Shown: positions 1 to 9,917 of the stretch, one piece after another
Numbering within the stretch: position 1 is the first letter of the stretch
Layout of the letters: every line of letters starts with the position of its first letter
Source of the DNA: an uncultured Acidobacteriota bacterium
GTDB lineage: Bacteria > Acidobacteriota > Vicinamibacteria > Vicinamibacterales > CAVVIG01
Length of the DNA: 64,000 nt
Assembly (NCBI GenBank): GCA_963825245.1
Contig: CAWGSJ010000008.1
Location: 265,736-329,735 of the forward strand
Direction: 5' to 3'
Notes under the pieces: model-generated
Seen by the model: only the letters and a program-made list of their open reading frames with translations
The model's database searches: none
Told to the model about the DNA's origin: nothing
Position numbers and translations under genes: made by a program

Positions 1-279
1 TTCGCGGAGACACTCGCCGTCATGGTCGATTCACACGAGTTCGGCGCGGCGAAACCCGACCCGTCGATCTTCCGCCATGCGCTGTCCCTCATCGGCAGCG
101 CGCCGGAGCGAACCGCATTCGTCGGCGACTCGCTCGATCGGGATATCGATCCGGCCAAGACGCTGGGCATGCACACGTTCTGGATCACCGGCCGTGACGT
201 GCGCCTTGCGCGGCGGGCCGATGCTATCCTCGACAGCGTTGCGGATCTGCCGGCCGCGCTGGATCGGTGGTCCGCATGA
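1..279 (+). CDS. HAD-family hydrolase (5'-truncated by window edge)
   Basis: Open frame from base 1 with HAD motif III KPDPSIF and motif IV VGDSLDRDI; its stop overlaps the next ATG (ATGA). Confidence 0.85.
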   Translation, partial: FAETLAVMVDSHEFGAAKPDPSIFRHALSLIGSAPERTAFVGDSLDRDIDPAKTLGMHTFWITGRDVRLARRADAILDSVADLPAALDRWSA

Positions 280-1127
280 GCGAGTTTCTCGGCATCTATC
301 GCGAATCGATCTGCTCGCCGGGTCGCCATCGCGAGAACGATAGGATCATCCTCGAGCTCGTCGCCGGCGAGCTCGAGCGCCGCGGGCACCACGTCCTTCT
401 CGCTTGCCCGGACGAGGTCGGGCAGTTCGCTACTTCGAGGTCCACGATTTTTTCGATGTCGCGCTCACCGCGCGTTCTCAAGCTGCTGGCGCGATGGGCT
501 GCCAACGGACGGACGGTCGTCAACCGGCCCGATCGCGTCCTCGCCACCGCGCGCAGCCAGCTGGTCCATCGAACGCTGGGCAGTGTTTCCTTGCCCTGGT
601 GCCAGGTCGTGCCGACGGCCCGCGCCGCGAGGTCGGTCGTTCAGCTGGTCGACGGCGATTGGTGGGTCAAAGGCGGCGATCTTCACGCGAGCCGCCGCGA
701 AGACGTGCAGCGGTTGGGGACGCTGGAAGAACTCGGCCGCGTCCTGAACGACTTCGAGCGCCGCGGCATCGGGACCGCGGTGCTGCAGAAACACGTTCCG
801 GGCCGCGAAATCAGCTTCTACGCCATCCGCGGCGACTTCTTTTACTGGTTGGAATCAGACAATCCAGCGATACATGGCACCAGCGGTGAGTCATTTCAAG
901 CGTGCGCGCTGGAATCGGGAGCGGCGCTGTCGCTCGACATCTTCGGCGGCGATCTCGTGATCGGTGAAGACGGCCGGATGACGCTCATCGATCTCAACGA
1001 CTGGCCGTCATTTGCCCCGTGTCGCGACGCGGCCGCGCGGGCAATCGCGCGCCATCTCGAGTTCCGGTCCATTTACGCCTACGCGGCTTCCTCCCTGGCC
1101 GGATCGGTGAGTCGACGATCTCCGTAG
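276..1127 (+). CDS. ATP-grasp-fold protein of unknown function
   Basis: VVNRP, WVKGGD, LQKHVPG and DIFGGDLVI...IDLNDWPSF resemble RimK/Ddl-like ATP-grasp motifs; translationally coupled to the HAD gene. Confidence 0.65.
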   Translation: MSEFLGIYRESICSPGRHRENDRIILELVAGELERRGHHVLLACPDEVGQFATSRSTIFSMSRSPRVLKLLARWAANGRTVVNRPDRVLATARSQLVHRTLGSVSLPWCQVVPTARAARSVVQLVDGDWWVKGGDLHASRREDVQRLGTLEELGRVLNDFERRGIGTAVLQKHVPGREISFYAIRGDFFYWLESDNPAIHGTSGESFQACALESGAALSLDIFGGDLVIGEDGRMTLIDLNDWPSFAPCRDAAARAIARHLEFRSIYAYAASSLAGSVSRRSP

Positions 1128-1182
1128 GGCGGACCTCTTAGGTCCGCCTGGACACGTCGCCGGGCCACGAGGCCCGGTCTAC
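1124..1182. repeat. Inverted doublet of GTAG-tagged REP-like palindromes
   Basis: GTAGGGCGGACCTCTTAGGTCCGCC (+, 1124-1148) and GTAGACCGGGCCTCGTGGCCCGGC (-, 1159-1182); each TAG is the stop codon of one of the convergent genes. Confidence 0.8.
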
Positions 1183-1679
1183 GGCTCCGTCAACGCCTTG
1201 AGCGGCACCGGCGTGGCCGACTGATTCTGGCCGGTGAGGCCTCGCCTCAGGTATCCGGCCTGGCCAAGATGAAACGACGCGTGCGCGCACAAGTGCATCA
1301 GGAAGCGCAGCGTCTGGATCCTGCGGTCGGGAATCACCGCCTCGGGAAAGTCGTGCTCGAGGACCGCATTGGTCAGGTTGGGCACGACGGTCCGGACCGC
1401 GACGGCGGCCTTCCGAAGCTCCTCGACGAGCTCACCTCGTGATCCCGTCCGGCGCGAAAACTCCCCGTCGCGGTTGCGAACGTAGGCGCTGCCGCCGAGC
1501 ACCGCGCCCACGTAATGCTGCAAGCCGCCGGCGACGTGCAAGGCCAGGTTGCCCGCCGAGTTCGAGACGCCCGGCAGCGTCCGCCACAACGCCTCGTCGT
1601 CCGGAAAGAGGTCGAGCTCGCGCTGGAAACCCGCCAGCTCGCGATCGAGAAGCGCCACAATCGATTGCTGGACGGTCAT
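1179..1679 (-). CDS. DinB/DUF1572-family protein
   Basis: NSAGNLALHVAG, RNRDGEF and HLCAHASFHLGQ give the His-triad pattern of the DinB superfamily. Confidence 0.85.
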   Translation of the reverse strand: MTVQQSIVALLDRELAGFQRELDLFPDDEALWRTLPGVSNSAGNLALHVAGGLQHYVGAVLGGSAYVRNRDGEFSRRTGSRGELVEELRKAAVAVRTVVPNLTNAVLEHDFPEAVIPDRRIQTLRFLMHLCAHASFHLGQAGYLRRGLTGQNQSATPVPLKALTEP

Positions 1680-2332
1680 GACAGAAGCCTCGCGACCGCG
1701 TCAGGAACGTCCGCGGCCGATTGCAGGTACGCCGACGCACACGACGGATCCTCGCCGGTCTTGTCGCGATCGAGCCAGACGCGGCCGAGCGCCAGCTCAC
1801 GCGCGGGCGCAATGTCGTGGTACCAGCTGCACGCGACGTGGACCCAGCCCTCGCGTGGGGCGCCGGTGGAGCGGGCGAAGTAGCGGAAATGCGCGAGTGA
1901 CGGCTTGTAGTCGCGGACGCGCTCGGCCGTCACGACGAGATCGAATCGTTCGCGGAATGTCCGCTGCGTTTCCTCGAACAGATCGTCGTCGCAGTTGGTG
2001 AGGACCGCAAGCCGGCAGCCGGCACGCCGGAGCGACTCCAGCATCGGCTCGACGTCGTCGAATACCGGGAGCGAACCCCAGGAGCCAGGCAGCCGCCCGG
2101 CGTCGGAGTCCGACAATGGCAGACCGATCTCGTCGGCGGCGCGCTTCAATGCCGTGGCCAGCACCTCTTTGTACAACCGGTGCGGCGATTCCTGCTCGAT
2201 CATCCGCTCGAACCGGTGATAAGCCCGAAGCAGTTCGTTTGTTCGCTCACCGGCCAGCGGTCTGACGACCCCGGCAAAGCCGTTGTGCCAGTCGACCAGC
2301 GTGCCGAAGCAATCGAATGTCACCCACTGCAC
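1676..2332 (-). CDS. HAD hydrolase, haloacid dehalogenase type II-like
   Basis: TFDCFGTLVDW, LTNCD, YKPS, HVACSWYHDI. Confidence 0.85.
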   Translation of the reverse strand: MQWVTFDCFGTLVDWHNGFAGVVRPLAGERTNELLRAYHRFERMIEQESPHRLYKEVLATALKRAADEIGLPLSDSDAGRLPGSWGSLPVFDDVEPMLESLRRAGCRLAVLTNCDDDLFEETQRTFRERFDLVVTAERVRDYKPSLAHFRYFARSTGAPREGWVHVACSWYHDIAPARELALGRVWLDRDKTGEDPSCASAYLQSAADVPDAVARLLS

Positions 2333-2347
2333 GTCTTACTGCACTGG

Positions 2348-3556
2348 TTACTGCACTGCCTGTTGCACAACCGCCTTGAATTGACCCGGCAGCCGGTCGG
2401 CGAACTGAGTCATCAAAATCGTGATCATTTCGGTCGCCGGATCGTTCCAGAAGTAAGTGCCTGCCGATCCGTTCCAGCCGTACTCGCCGCGGTTCGCCGG
2501 CTGTTTCTGCTGACCCGGATCGACGACCACTTCGACGTTCCCGAGGCCCCAGCCCATACCGTTGCGTTCCTTCACCATCGCGTCCGTCAATCCGTTCCTG
2601 GTCATCGAGTCGACCGTCTTCGCGGACAGGAGCCGCACGCCCGCCAGCTCGCCCTTGTTCAGGAGCATCTGGCTGAAGCGGAGGAAGTCGGGAACCGTCG
2701 AGACCAGGCCGACCGCGCCCTCGAGCAGGGCCGGACGGACCGTGAAGGGAACCTCTTCGATCTCGTTCACGACCAGCGTGCCGTTACTGAGGGCGTAGCG
2801 CGTCGTGAACCGCGCCGCCTGCTCGGGGGCGACCCAAAAGGTTGTGTCCGTCATCCCCAACGGCTGGAAGATCTCACTGGCCATGAAACGATCGAGAGGC
2901 TGGCCCGACCAGATTTCGATCAGGCGGCCGACGACTGTCGGACTCTCGCTGTAGCGATATCTCGCTCCAGGATCATCCATCAGTGGCACGCGAACGATGT
3001 TGGCGATGAACTGCGGGAGCGTCTGCGCGCGTGATCGGACCTTCTCGCGCTGATAGAGCTGCGACGTCCGGTGATTGAGCCCGGAGGTGTGCAGGAGCAG
3101 ATCCTGTACCGTGATCTCGCGCGCCGGCGGCCGCGTGGCGCCGTCCGGAGAGGACACGACGACACCCTTGAACTCGGGGATGAACTTCGCGACCGGATCG
3201 GTCAGGGCAAAGCGGCCGCGCTCGTGCAACAGCATTGCGGCCACGGCCGTCACCGGCTTGGTCATCGAGTAGATGCGAAACAGCGAGCGGTCGGTCATCG
3301 GCGCGCTGCTCTCGAGATCCTGCACCCCGACCGCATGCAGGTACACGAGCTTGCCGCGTCGGGCAACCGCCGCGACGGCGCCGGCGACTCGCTTCTCGGC
3401 CACGGACCGATTCATCAGATCGGTGGCTTCCTGGAGCTTCGCCGGGTTCAGCCCTACTGACTCGGGCGTCGCGCGGGGAAACGGCTCGGCGCCGAAGGGG
3501 TTCGTCGCCAGCAGCACCGCCAGGTACAGAGCGACGGCGGCGGGTCTTGATTTCAT
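2348..3556 (-). CDS. Secreted serine hydrolase, beta-lactamase/AmpC family
   Basis: Signal peptide, FRIYSMTKP (SxxK), LLLHTSG, YRYS, YGWNGSAGT. Confidence 0.9.
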   Translation of the reverse strand: MKSRPAAVALYLAVLLATNPFGAEPFPRATPESVGLNPAKLQEATDLMNRSVAEKRVAGAVAAVARRGKLVYLHAVGVQDLESSAPMTDRSLFRIYSMTKPVTAVAAMLLHERGRFALTDPVAKFIPEFKGVVVSSPDGATRPPAREITVQDLLLHTSGLNHRTSQLYQREKVRSRAQTLPQFIANIVRVPLMDDPGARYRYSESPTVVGRLIEIWSGQPLDRFMASEIFQPLGMTDTTFWVAPEQAARFTTRYALSNGTLVVNEIEEVPFTVRPALLEGAVGLVSTVPDFLRFSQMLLNKGELAGVRLLSAKTVDSMTRNGLTDAMVKERNGMGWGLGNVEVVVDPGQQKQPANRGEYGWNGSAGTYFWNDPATEMITILMTQFADRLPGQFKAVVQQAVQ

Positions 3557-3578
3557 GCCGGGGGATGGTAGCACGGGC

Positions 3579-4361
3579 TCACGCGCCACCGGCACGCGCC
3601 AGCGACCACACGACGCCCGCGAGCGCCGCGCCCGTGACGATGTCGACGACGAAGTGTGCACGCGTGATCACCGACGCGACGCTGATCGTGATGGCCAGCG
3701 CCAGCAGGATCGTCCCCTCGATCGGCATCGCCGGCATGACGGCGAGAGCGACCGCAAGCGAGCCGGCCGCGTGGCCGCTCGGCAGCGTGTTCGCACCGGT
3801 CGTCGCGTGCTTCATGAAAGCCACCGACGCACGCGGCCCGCGGGCGTCGAGGCGTTCGAGCACCCACGGCGGCCGGGTCTGGAGATACGGCAGCGTGGCG
3901 AACGCACCCAGCTCGGCGCCGATCACGAGCGTCCAATAGTGGCCGGAGCGGTCGCCATGCCCCGCGGCCAGCAGCAGTGCGAGCCCCGCCGGCACGAGCA
4001 GGAAACAGCCGATGTACGCCGCGTCAAGAAGGCGGATGACGGCCGGTGGCCAGCGCGCGAAAGCGACGCTGGCGTCGCCGAGGACGCGCCGATCGATCGC
4101 GGCCAGCCACGATTCGACGCGCGGCATCGGCGCGAAGAAGGTCCGGCCAGAGAGATAGTACGCCGCCAGCACGTAAGCCATCGGCGCCCAGCTTCGCAGC
4201 ACGGGGTTTCCGGCGCGCGAGACCGCGACGACGGTAATGGCCGCCGCGGCCGATCCGAGCGCCGCCGTGAGGCGGCGGCCGAGCGGCATCCGGTACCGCA
4301 CGAGCGCCGCTACCGCGACGTGCGCGAAGAACAGGATGGCGACCCACTCGTGACGGAGCAT
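3579..4361 (-). CDS. PAP2-superfamily membrane phosphatase/phosphotransferase
   Basis: Multiple TM segments, NTLPSGH and RAHFVVD motifs. Confidence 0.8.
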   Translation of the reverse strand: MLRHEWVAILFFAHVAVAALVRYRMPLGRRLTAALGSAAAAITVVAVSRAGNPVLRSWAPMAYVLAAYYLSGRTFFAPMPRVESWLAAIDRRVLGDASVAFARWPPAVIRLLDAAYIGCFLLVPAGLALLLAAGHGDRSGHYWTLVIGAELGAFATLPYLQTRPPWVLERLDARGPRASVAFMKHATTGANTLPSGHAAGSLAVALAVMPAMPIEGTILLALAITISVASVITRAHFVVDIVTGAALAGVVWSLARAGGA

Positions 4362-4380
4362 GGGCTGACGCTCGTTAATG

Positions 4381-4448
4381 GTAGTGCGGGCCTTCAGGCC
4401 CACACGGTCTGCCGCACGGCGTTACGCGGACCTAAAGGTCCGCACTAC
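4381..4448. repeat. Inverted doublet of GTAG-tagged REP-like palindromes
   Basis: GTAGTGCGGGCCTTCAGGCCC (+, 4381) and GTAGTGCGGACCTTTAGGTCCGC (-, 4426-4448); the second supplies the CitMHS stop. Confidence 0.8.
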
Positions 4449-5798
4449 AAGTGAATCGCGCCTGTCAGAACCGCCGTCGCGGCCATCACCAGGCTGATCG
4501 CGAATAGATATGGGATCGCTCGCCGCTGGTGGTCCGCGAGGTCGACGCCGGCGAGGCCGACCAGCAGGAATGTCGCCGGCGTGAGCGGACTCACCGGAAA
4601 TCCCGTCGTCATCTGTCCGACCAGCGCCGCGCGGCCGACATCAATGGCCGAGGCGCCCGCCGCCTGCGACGCCGTCGCGAGCACCGGCAGGACGCCGAAG
4701 TAGAACGAATCGGGATCGAACGCGAGGCTGAGCGGCATCGAGACGACCGCGAGCAACACAGGCAGATGGCGCAGCACGCCGGGTGGAAGGATGCCGACGA
4801 TGTCCCGGGCCATCGAGGTCAGCATGCCTGTTCCGGTCATGATCCCCGCAAAGAGGCCCGCTGCCAGCACTGTGGTGACCATGACCATCGCGGCGTGGCC
4901 GTGCGCTTCCAGGCGCTCGCGCTGCAGGTGTGCGTCTGGAAAGTTGACGACGAGCGCGATGGCGCAGGCCAGGAGAAAAACCACCGGCAGCGGCAGGACC
5001 TCGACGACGAGCGCCGTCAGCGTCACCACCGTCAGCGCGGCGTTGAACCAGAAGAACCGCGGCAGACGGTCGGTCCCGGCGGCGCCCTCCTCGGCGTGGC
5101 CGCGGCCGGCGAGCCCGTGAGCGCTCAATGCGGCGGGTCCGCGAGCGCTCAATGCGGCGAGCTCGCGAGCGCTCAATGCGCTCGCTTCAAACGAAGCCCG
5201 CGCACGGGCGCCGATCAACGCGGCGAGCACGAACACCATCACGATGCCCGCCGCGGTCGGCACGACCAGCGGGTTGAACAGCTCACCGACCCCGACCTGC
5301 AGCGCCGTGGCTGCCCGCGTCGCCGGGCCGCCCCAGGGCAGGATGTTCATCGTGCCCGCCGCCATCGCGGTCGTGCACGTGAGGATCAGCGGATCCATCC
5401 CGAGCCGCTGATAGATCGGCAGCATCGCCGGCACGGTGACCATGAAGGTGCTCGCCCCCGCGCCGTCCAGGTGCGCGACCGTCGCGAGCGCAGCCGTCCC
5501 GATGACCACCTTGCCTGGATCCCGCCCCACCAGCCTCACGACGCGGCGGATCATCGGATCGAAGAGACCGGCGTCGTGCATCACGCCGAAGTAGACGACC
5601 GCAAACGCGAGGAGCGCCGCGGTCGGCGCCACGCCGCGGATGCCGTCCATGGCAAACGAGCCCAGTTGGGAGGCGAAGCCGCCGAGCGAGCGCGGCGGCG
5701 ATCGGCACCAGCGTCAGGGCTACGAGCACTGACGTGATGCGAAAGAGAATGAGCGCGAGCAGGACGGAAATGGCCGCGAGGCCGAGCCAGGTCAACAT
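4445..5798 (-). CDS. CitMHS-family citrate/metal-citrate:H+ symporter (one frameshift near 5690)
   Basis: AGLFDPMI, LDGAGASTF, NILPWGGP, DSFYFGVLPVL, GFPVSPLTP; N-terminus MLTWLG in another frame. Confidence 0.85.
5119..5186. repeat. Intragenic ~24-bp tandem repeat (3 copies)
   Basis: GAGCGCTCAATGCG recurs three times at about 24-bp spacing, encoding ALSAR-like units. Confidence 0.7.
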
Positions 5799-5807
5799 CG
5801 CGGGGAA

Positions 5808-7821
5808 TCACGCCCGGCAGACGAGATCCGCGATCCGGCGCAGGTCGGACGTGCTCGCCGACGCCGGCGGGAGCACTGAAGCCGTGGCGGCCGATTCAAT
5901 CAGGCGGTCGGCATCACTCTGCAGAAGGAACCGATCGCGGACCAGCTCTCCCGCCGCCCGCTTCACCGCGCAGACATATCCTTCCTGCGTGCCGTACCGT
6001 TCCTCGATTGAGGGCCGCGGATCGGCGGCCTTGCGTCCGCGCCTCGCGTGTGACCGCGAAGGGCACGTAGCCGCCGGAGAAGCCGCAAATCTGCCCTTTG
6101 AAGAAGCCTGTCGCCTGGACGTTCCAGCCGAGATACGTCCCGAGCGGCGCCTGATGCAGAACCGAAGGAATGCCCGCCGTTTCGTTGCCGTCGGCATTCA
6201 CGCGCGGCACCAGCGTGGGAATCACTTGCTTGATCGCCGGCGGCTGACGGGCGATTACGCCTGACAGGTCGTCGTAGTTGAACGACGTCCCGAAGTCGTA
6301 GTCGAGCACCGCGTTGACGAAGTGATCGGTGAACGCCAGGCCTGGAATGGCCGGGAATCCAGTCGCTGCGCGCGTGGCGTGCGCCAGCGTGCCCGCGGCC
6401 AGGGTCGGATAGCGGCTGGGCGGCGGCGGGGTTCCGCGCACGACCCAGTCGACGAGCGCTGCCGTCAGCGCTCGCGTCGAATCGGCCATCGGATTGGGGT
6501 TCTGCGGCAGCGCGCATCGATCGTTGGCGGCCTGCGCGACGTCGAATCCGCCCCGGCCGCCGCCGTGCGTCGTGCCCGGCATGTAATAGCGCCTGACGTT
6601 GTCGGGAACCGGGATGTCGCGTGCGGCGTCGGTGCCGACGAGCCCCGGCGACATCCGCAGGCCCCAGAACTCCGTCGCGCCAAACACCTCGAAGACTTTC
6701 GGACAGCTCTTCGAAGCCGCGCAACGATCAAGCAGGCTGGCCGAGCCACGGCCCCGCTTCGAGTCCGAGTACTTGCTCCACCACAGCACCGGCTCGCTGC
6801 CAGGTTCGTAGAGCGCGGCCGCGCCGCCCGGCGCGGCGAAACGGAAGTTGAGCGGCGTCTGCCGTGCGGCGATGAACGGGAAGATGCCGTCCCACACGAT
6901 CCGCCCGCCGAGGTCCTCGTTGAAGCCGAGATGGACGAACGTCTTCAGGAAGTTGCCGGCCTGGGACGTGCCGCTCGCCACTGAATGCCTGATCGCGCCC
7001 GCGACCGGGTTCGGCGTGGCGCCCTCGTCCGCGCGACCGTACCTGAAGAACGACACGAGATCGCGCGTCGCCGCGAGACCGACGCCGAGGACCAGCGGAT
7101 CCTTCGCGGTGTAGACCAGCTCGTACAAGCGGGCGGGATCGAACCCGTTCTTCAAGCAGAGGCGTGACGGGTCCGGGACGCCGGGAAACGGTTTCGATCG
7201 GCAATCCGCGAACGCCCAGTCAGCCGGCGGAATGGTCCCCGTGCCGGTGTGAGCACCGTTCACAGCCTCGCTGGCGTGATAAGTCAGCGTCGCTCGCGAT
7301 GTGTCGAGGCTGACCGGCGGATATGCCCCGAGACGGATCGACGCCGTCGTCGTCCCGGCCGGCAGGTCGACGAACCGGGCCAGGACGGGGCCGGTGAGAT
7401 CCGAGCCGTCGCGGTTGCGCGCGACCGGCACCTTGATCGTCTGGTTGTTCGCGGTCGGAATGACGTCGCCCTGCCAGCCGCTCACCAGCGAGACGTGCCC
7501 TTCGGGGCTCTCAACGGGCGCGCCGTTGCCGCGATTGACGACCGAGTACATCAGCACGCCGCTCAACCTGGCGGGATCGGCCGGCCTGGTCAACGCGAAT
7601 GTGGCGACGTACTCGACCCGTCCGCGGGCGTTACGAGGCGCGAGATCGAGATCCTGGATGATGCGGTTTCGCCGGTCGGCCGGGTCGACTTCACCGTGCG
7701 CGAAGCCCCTAATCCGCTCGTAGTTGCCGGTGACGTCGCGGCTGGTGATCTCGAGGCGCGTCACCTGTCCCGCGGCCGGTGCAGCCACAGCGAGCGCGAG
7801 CAACGTAGCGGCGAAGCGCAT
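5808..7821 (-). CDS. Secreted alpha/beta-hydrolase-domain protein (frameshift near 6050)
   Basis: Signal peptide, GTSQAG nucleophile elbow, GTTHGG, PLGTYLGWN; C-terminal DPRPSIEERY in another frame. Confidence 0.8.
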
Positions 7822-7831
7822 GACGCCTCCA

Positions 7832-7854
7832 GCAGGCCTAAAGGCCTGCACTAC
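7832..7854 (-). repeat. GTAG-tagged REP-like palindrome
   Basis: GTAGTGCAGGCCTTTAGGCCTGC; its TAG is the FAAL stop codon. Confidence 0.8.
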
Positions 7855-9563
7855 ACCTGATCGAGCTCACGCGTGAAGTCCCACCGGCTTGGCGACTCCG
7901 TCAGTTCGCCGCGTTCGTACAACGCGCGCACCGCGGCACGCCGCACCTTACCGCTCGTCGTCCGGCCAATCGTGCCTCCCGGCACGAGCACGACCTCGCC
8001 GACCGCCAGCCCGAAGAGGTCGCCGATGATGCGGCGGATCTCGGCGCTCAGCGAGGCTGCAGCCACGGTTCCATTCGGCTCGGCGACGATGATCACGCGA
8101 TTCGCGTCACCTGCGCCGAACGCGACCACACGGCCGCGGCGGACACCCGAAAGCCCTTCGACGCTCCACTCGAGATCCTGGGGGTGATACTTGCGGCCGT
8201 TGATCACGATGAGGTCCTTCAACCGTCCGCAGACGAACAGCTCGCCGTCCGACAGGTAGCCGAGATCGCCCGTGTGCAGCCATCCGTCTCGAACGGCGCG
8301 CGCGGTCGATTCGGGGTCCTTATAGTAGCCCACCATGACGGAAGGGCCGGCCAGCGCGATCTCGCCGACTTCCCGCTCGTGCGCGGGAGAGTCATTGTCG
8401 CGCACGATGCGGAGCGCGTGGCCGGACAACGGACGGCCGCAGCTGACCAGCCGGATCACCGCGTCGTCGTCAGGATCCACCGGCGCGGCCGTGCTGCCGT
8501 TCGACAAGGCCTCGGCGGACACGACGTCCACGCGTGGTTCTCGCTCGCGGACGCCGATGGTCGCAGCGAGCACGTGCTCGGCCAGGCCGTAGCTGGGCAC
8601 GAAGCACGACGCGCGGAACCCGGCCGGTTCGAACTTCTCCGCAAAAGCGGTCAGGGTCTGCGCCTTGATCGGCTCCGCGCCGCATCCGGCCACTCGCCAG
8701 CTCGAAAGATCCAATCCGTCAAGGTTCTTCAGGCGCCTGACACACAGGTCGTAGCCGAAGTTCGGCGCGAAGCTGACCGTCGCGCGGTACCGCGTGATCG
8801 CGCGCAGCCATTCCACGGGACGCCTGACGAACATCTCGGGCGGCATGAGGATGACCGGCCTTGCGCCGTAGAGGGGGCCGAGCGACATGCCGACCAGTCC
8901 CATGTCGTGGTGCAGCGGCAGCCAGCTGACGCCGATGTCCGCGGCGGTCACGTCGAGCCCCGATCGCCCGAAGATCCCTTCGATGTTGGCGGCGAGGCTG
9001 CGGTGCGTCAGTACCACGCCCTTGGGCAGCGACGTGGAGCCCGATGTGTACTGGATGAAGGCGACGTCGTCCAGCGACGGGCGCCACCCGTCAGCAGGCC
9101 CGGCATCGTTGAGATCGTCGGACGAAGTATCGAGATCGTCGCTCGTCATGACGACGTCGAGGCGGGGCAACCGTGTGCGCAGCTCAGCGAACCCGTCCAC
9201 GAGCCCCGTGGTCGTCACGATCGCGCGCGCATCCGAAGCGGCAAGCGTCGGCGCAACCGACTGGAAGAAGCGCGAAAGATCGGCGGTGGCCGCCGGCGGA
9301 TAGAGCGAGGCCGGCACGATCCCGGAGATGACCGCACCAATGAGCGTCGTCAGGAACTGCTCGGCGTCGGCGATGACGAGCGCGACGACGTCGCCGCGCT
9401 CGAGGCCGGCGCGCCGCAATCCCGCGGCAACGCGGTGAGCCGACGCGCGAATGTCCGCGTACGAACGGGTCCGTGGGCCGTCATCCCCCAGAAACGTGTA
9501 GCCGGCGCTGCTTCTGGCTCCGTCGTCGAGCGCTTCGGCCAGCGTCCTCAATCTCGGCATCAC
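7851..9563 (-). CDS. Fatty acyl-AMP ligase (FAAL)
   Basis: IQYTSGSTSLPKG, SWLPLHHDMGL, YGLAE, TGDLG, GRLKDLI, TTSGKVRR; follows an ACP gene. Confidence 0.9.
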   Translation of the reverse strand: MMPRLRTLAEALDDGARSSAGYTFLGDDGPRTRSYADIRASAHRVAAGLRRAGLERGDVVALVIADAEQFLTTLIGAVISGIVPASLYPPAATADLSRFFQSVAPTLAASDARAIVTTTGLVDGFAELRTRLPRLDVVMTSDDLDTSSDDLNDAGPADGWRPSLDDVAFIQYTSGSTSLPKGVVLTHRSLAANIEGIFGRSGLDVTAADIGVSWLPLHHDMGLVGMSLGPLYGARPVILMPPEMFVRRPVEWLRAITRYRATVSFAPNFGYDLCVRRLKNLDGLDLSSWRVAGCGAEPIKAQTLTAFAEKFEPAGFRASCFVPSYGLAEHVLAATIGVREREPRVDVVSAEALSNGSTAAPVDPDDDAVIRLVSCGRPLSGHALRIVRDNDSPAHEREVGEIALAGPSVMVGYYKDPESTARAVRDGWLHTGDLGYLSDGELFVCGRLKDLIVINGRKYHPQDLEWSVEGLSGVRRGRVVAFGAGDANRVIIVAEPNGTVAAASLSAEIRRIIGDLFGLAVGEVVLVPGGTIGRTTSGKVRRAAVRALYERGELTESPSRWDFTRELDQV

Positions 9564-9823
9564 GCGTTGGCGCGCTCGTCGATAAGAGCAGCGACCTGGG
9601 CCACCACCTGGCTGACGGTGCGGATGGCCGGCACGTCGTCGAGCGGGATCGAGATGTCGAACACGTCCTCGAGTTCGGCGACCACCTCGAGCACCTGCAG
9701 CGAGTCGAAGCCGAGATCGGCGACGAGGTCGCTCGACAGCGAGGGCTCGATCGGCCGCCGGCTCACGTTCTTGAGGACGTCGATGACACCTGATTCGATC
9801 CGGGAGGGGGCTGCGTCAGCCAT
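9560..9823 (-). CDS. Acyl carrier protein
   Basis: DLGFDSLQVLEVVAELED phosphopantetheine attachment motif. Confidence 0.9.
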   Translation of the reverse strand: MADAAPSRIESGVIDVLKNVSRRPIEPSLSSDLVADLGFDSLQVLEVVAELEDVFDISIPLDDVPAIRTVSQVVAQVAALIDERANA

Positions 9824-9917
9824 CGATGAAGGGTGACAAGGATACCCGAATCCGTAATCGAACGGACACACTGGTCAACGGTCGAGCCGGCGTTTGACCG
9901 GTGTACACTCGGGTTCT

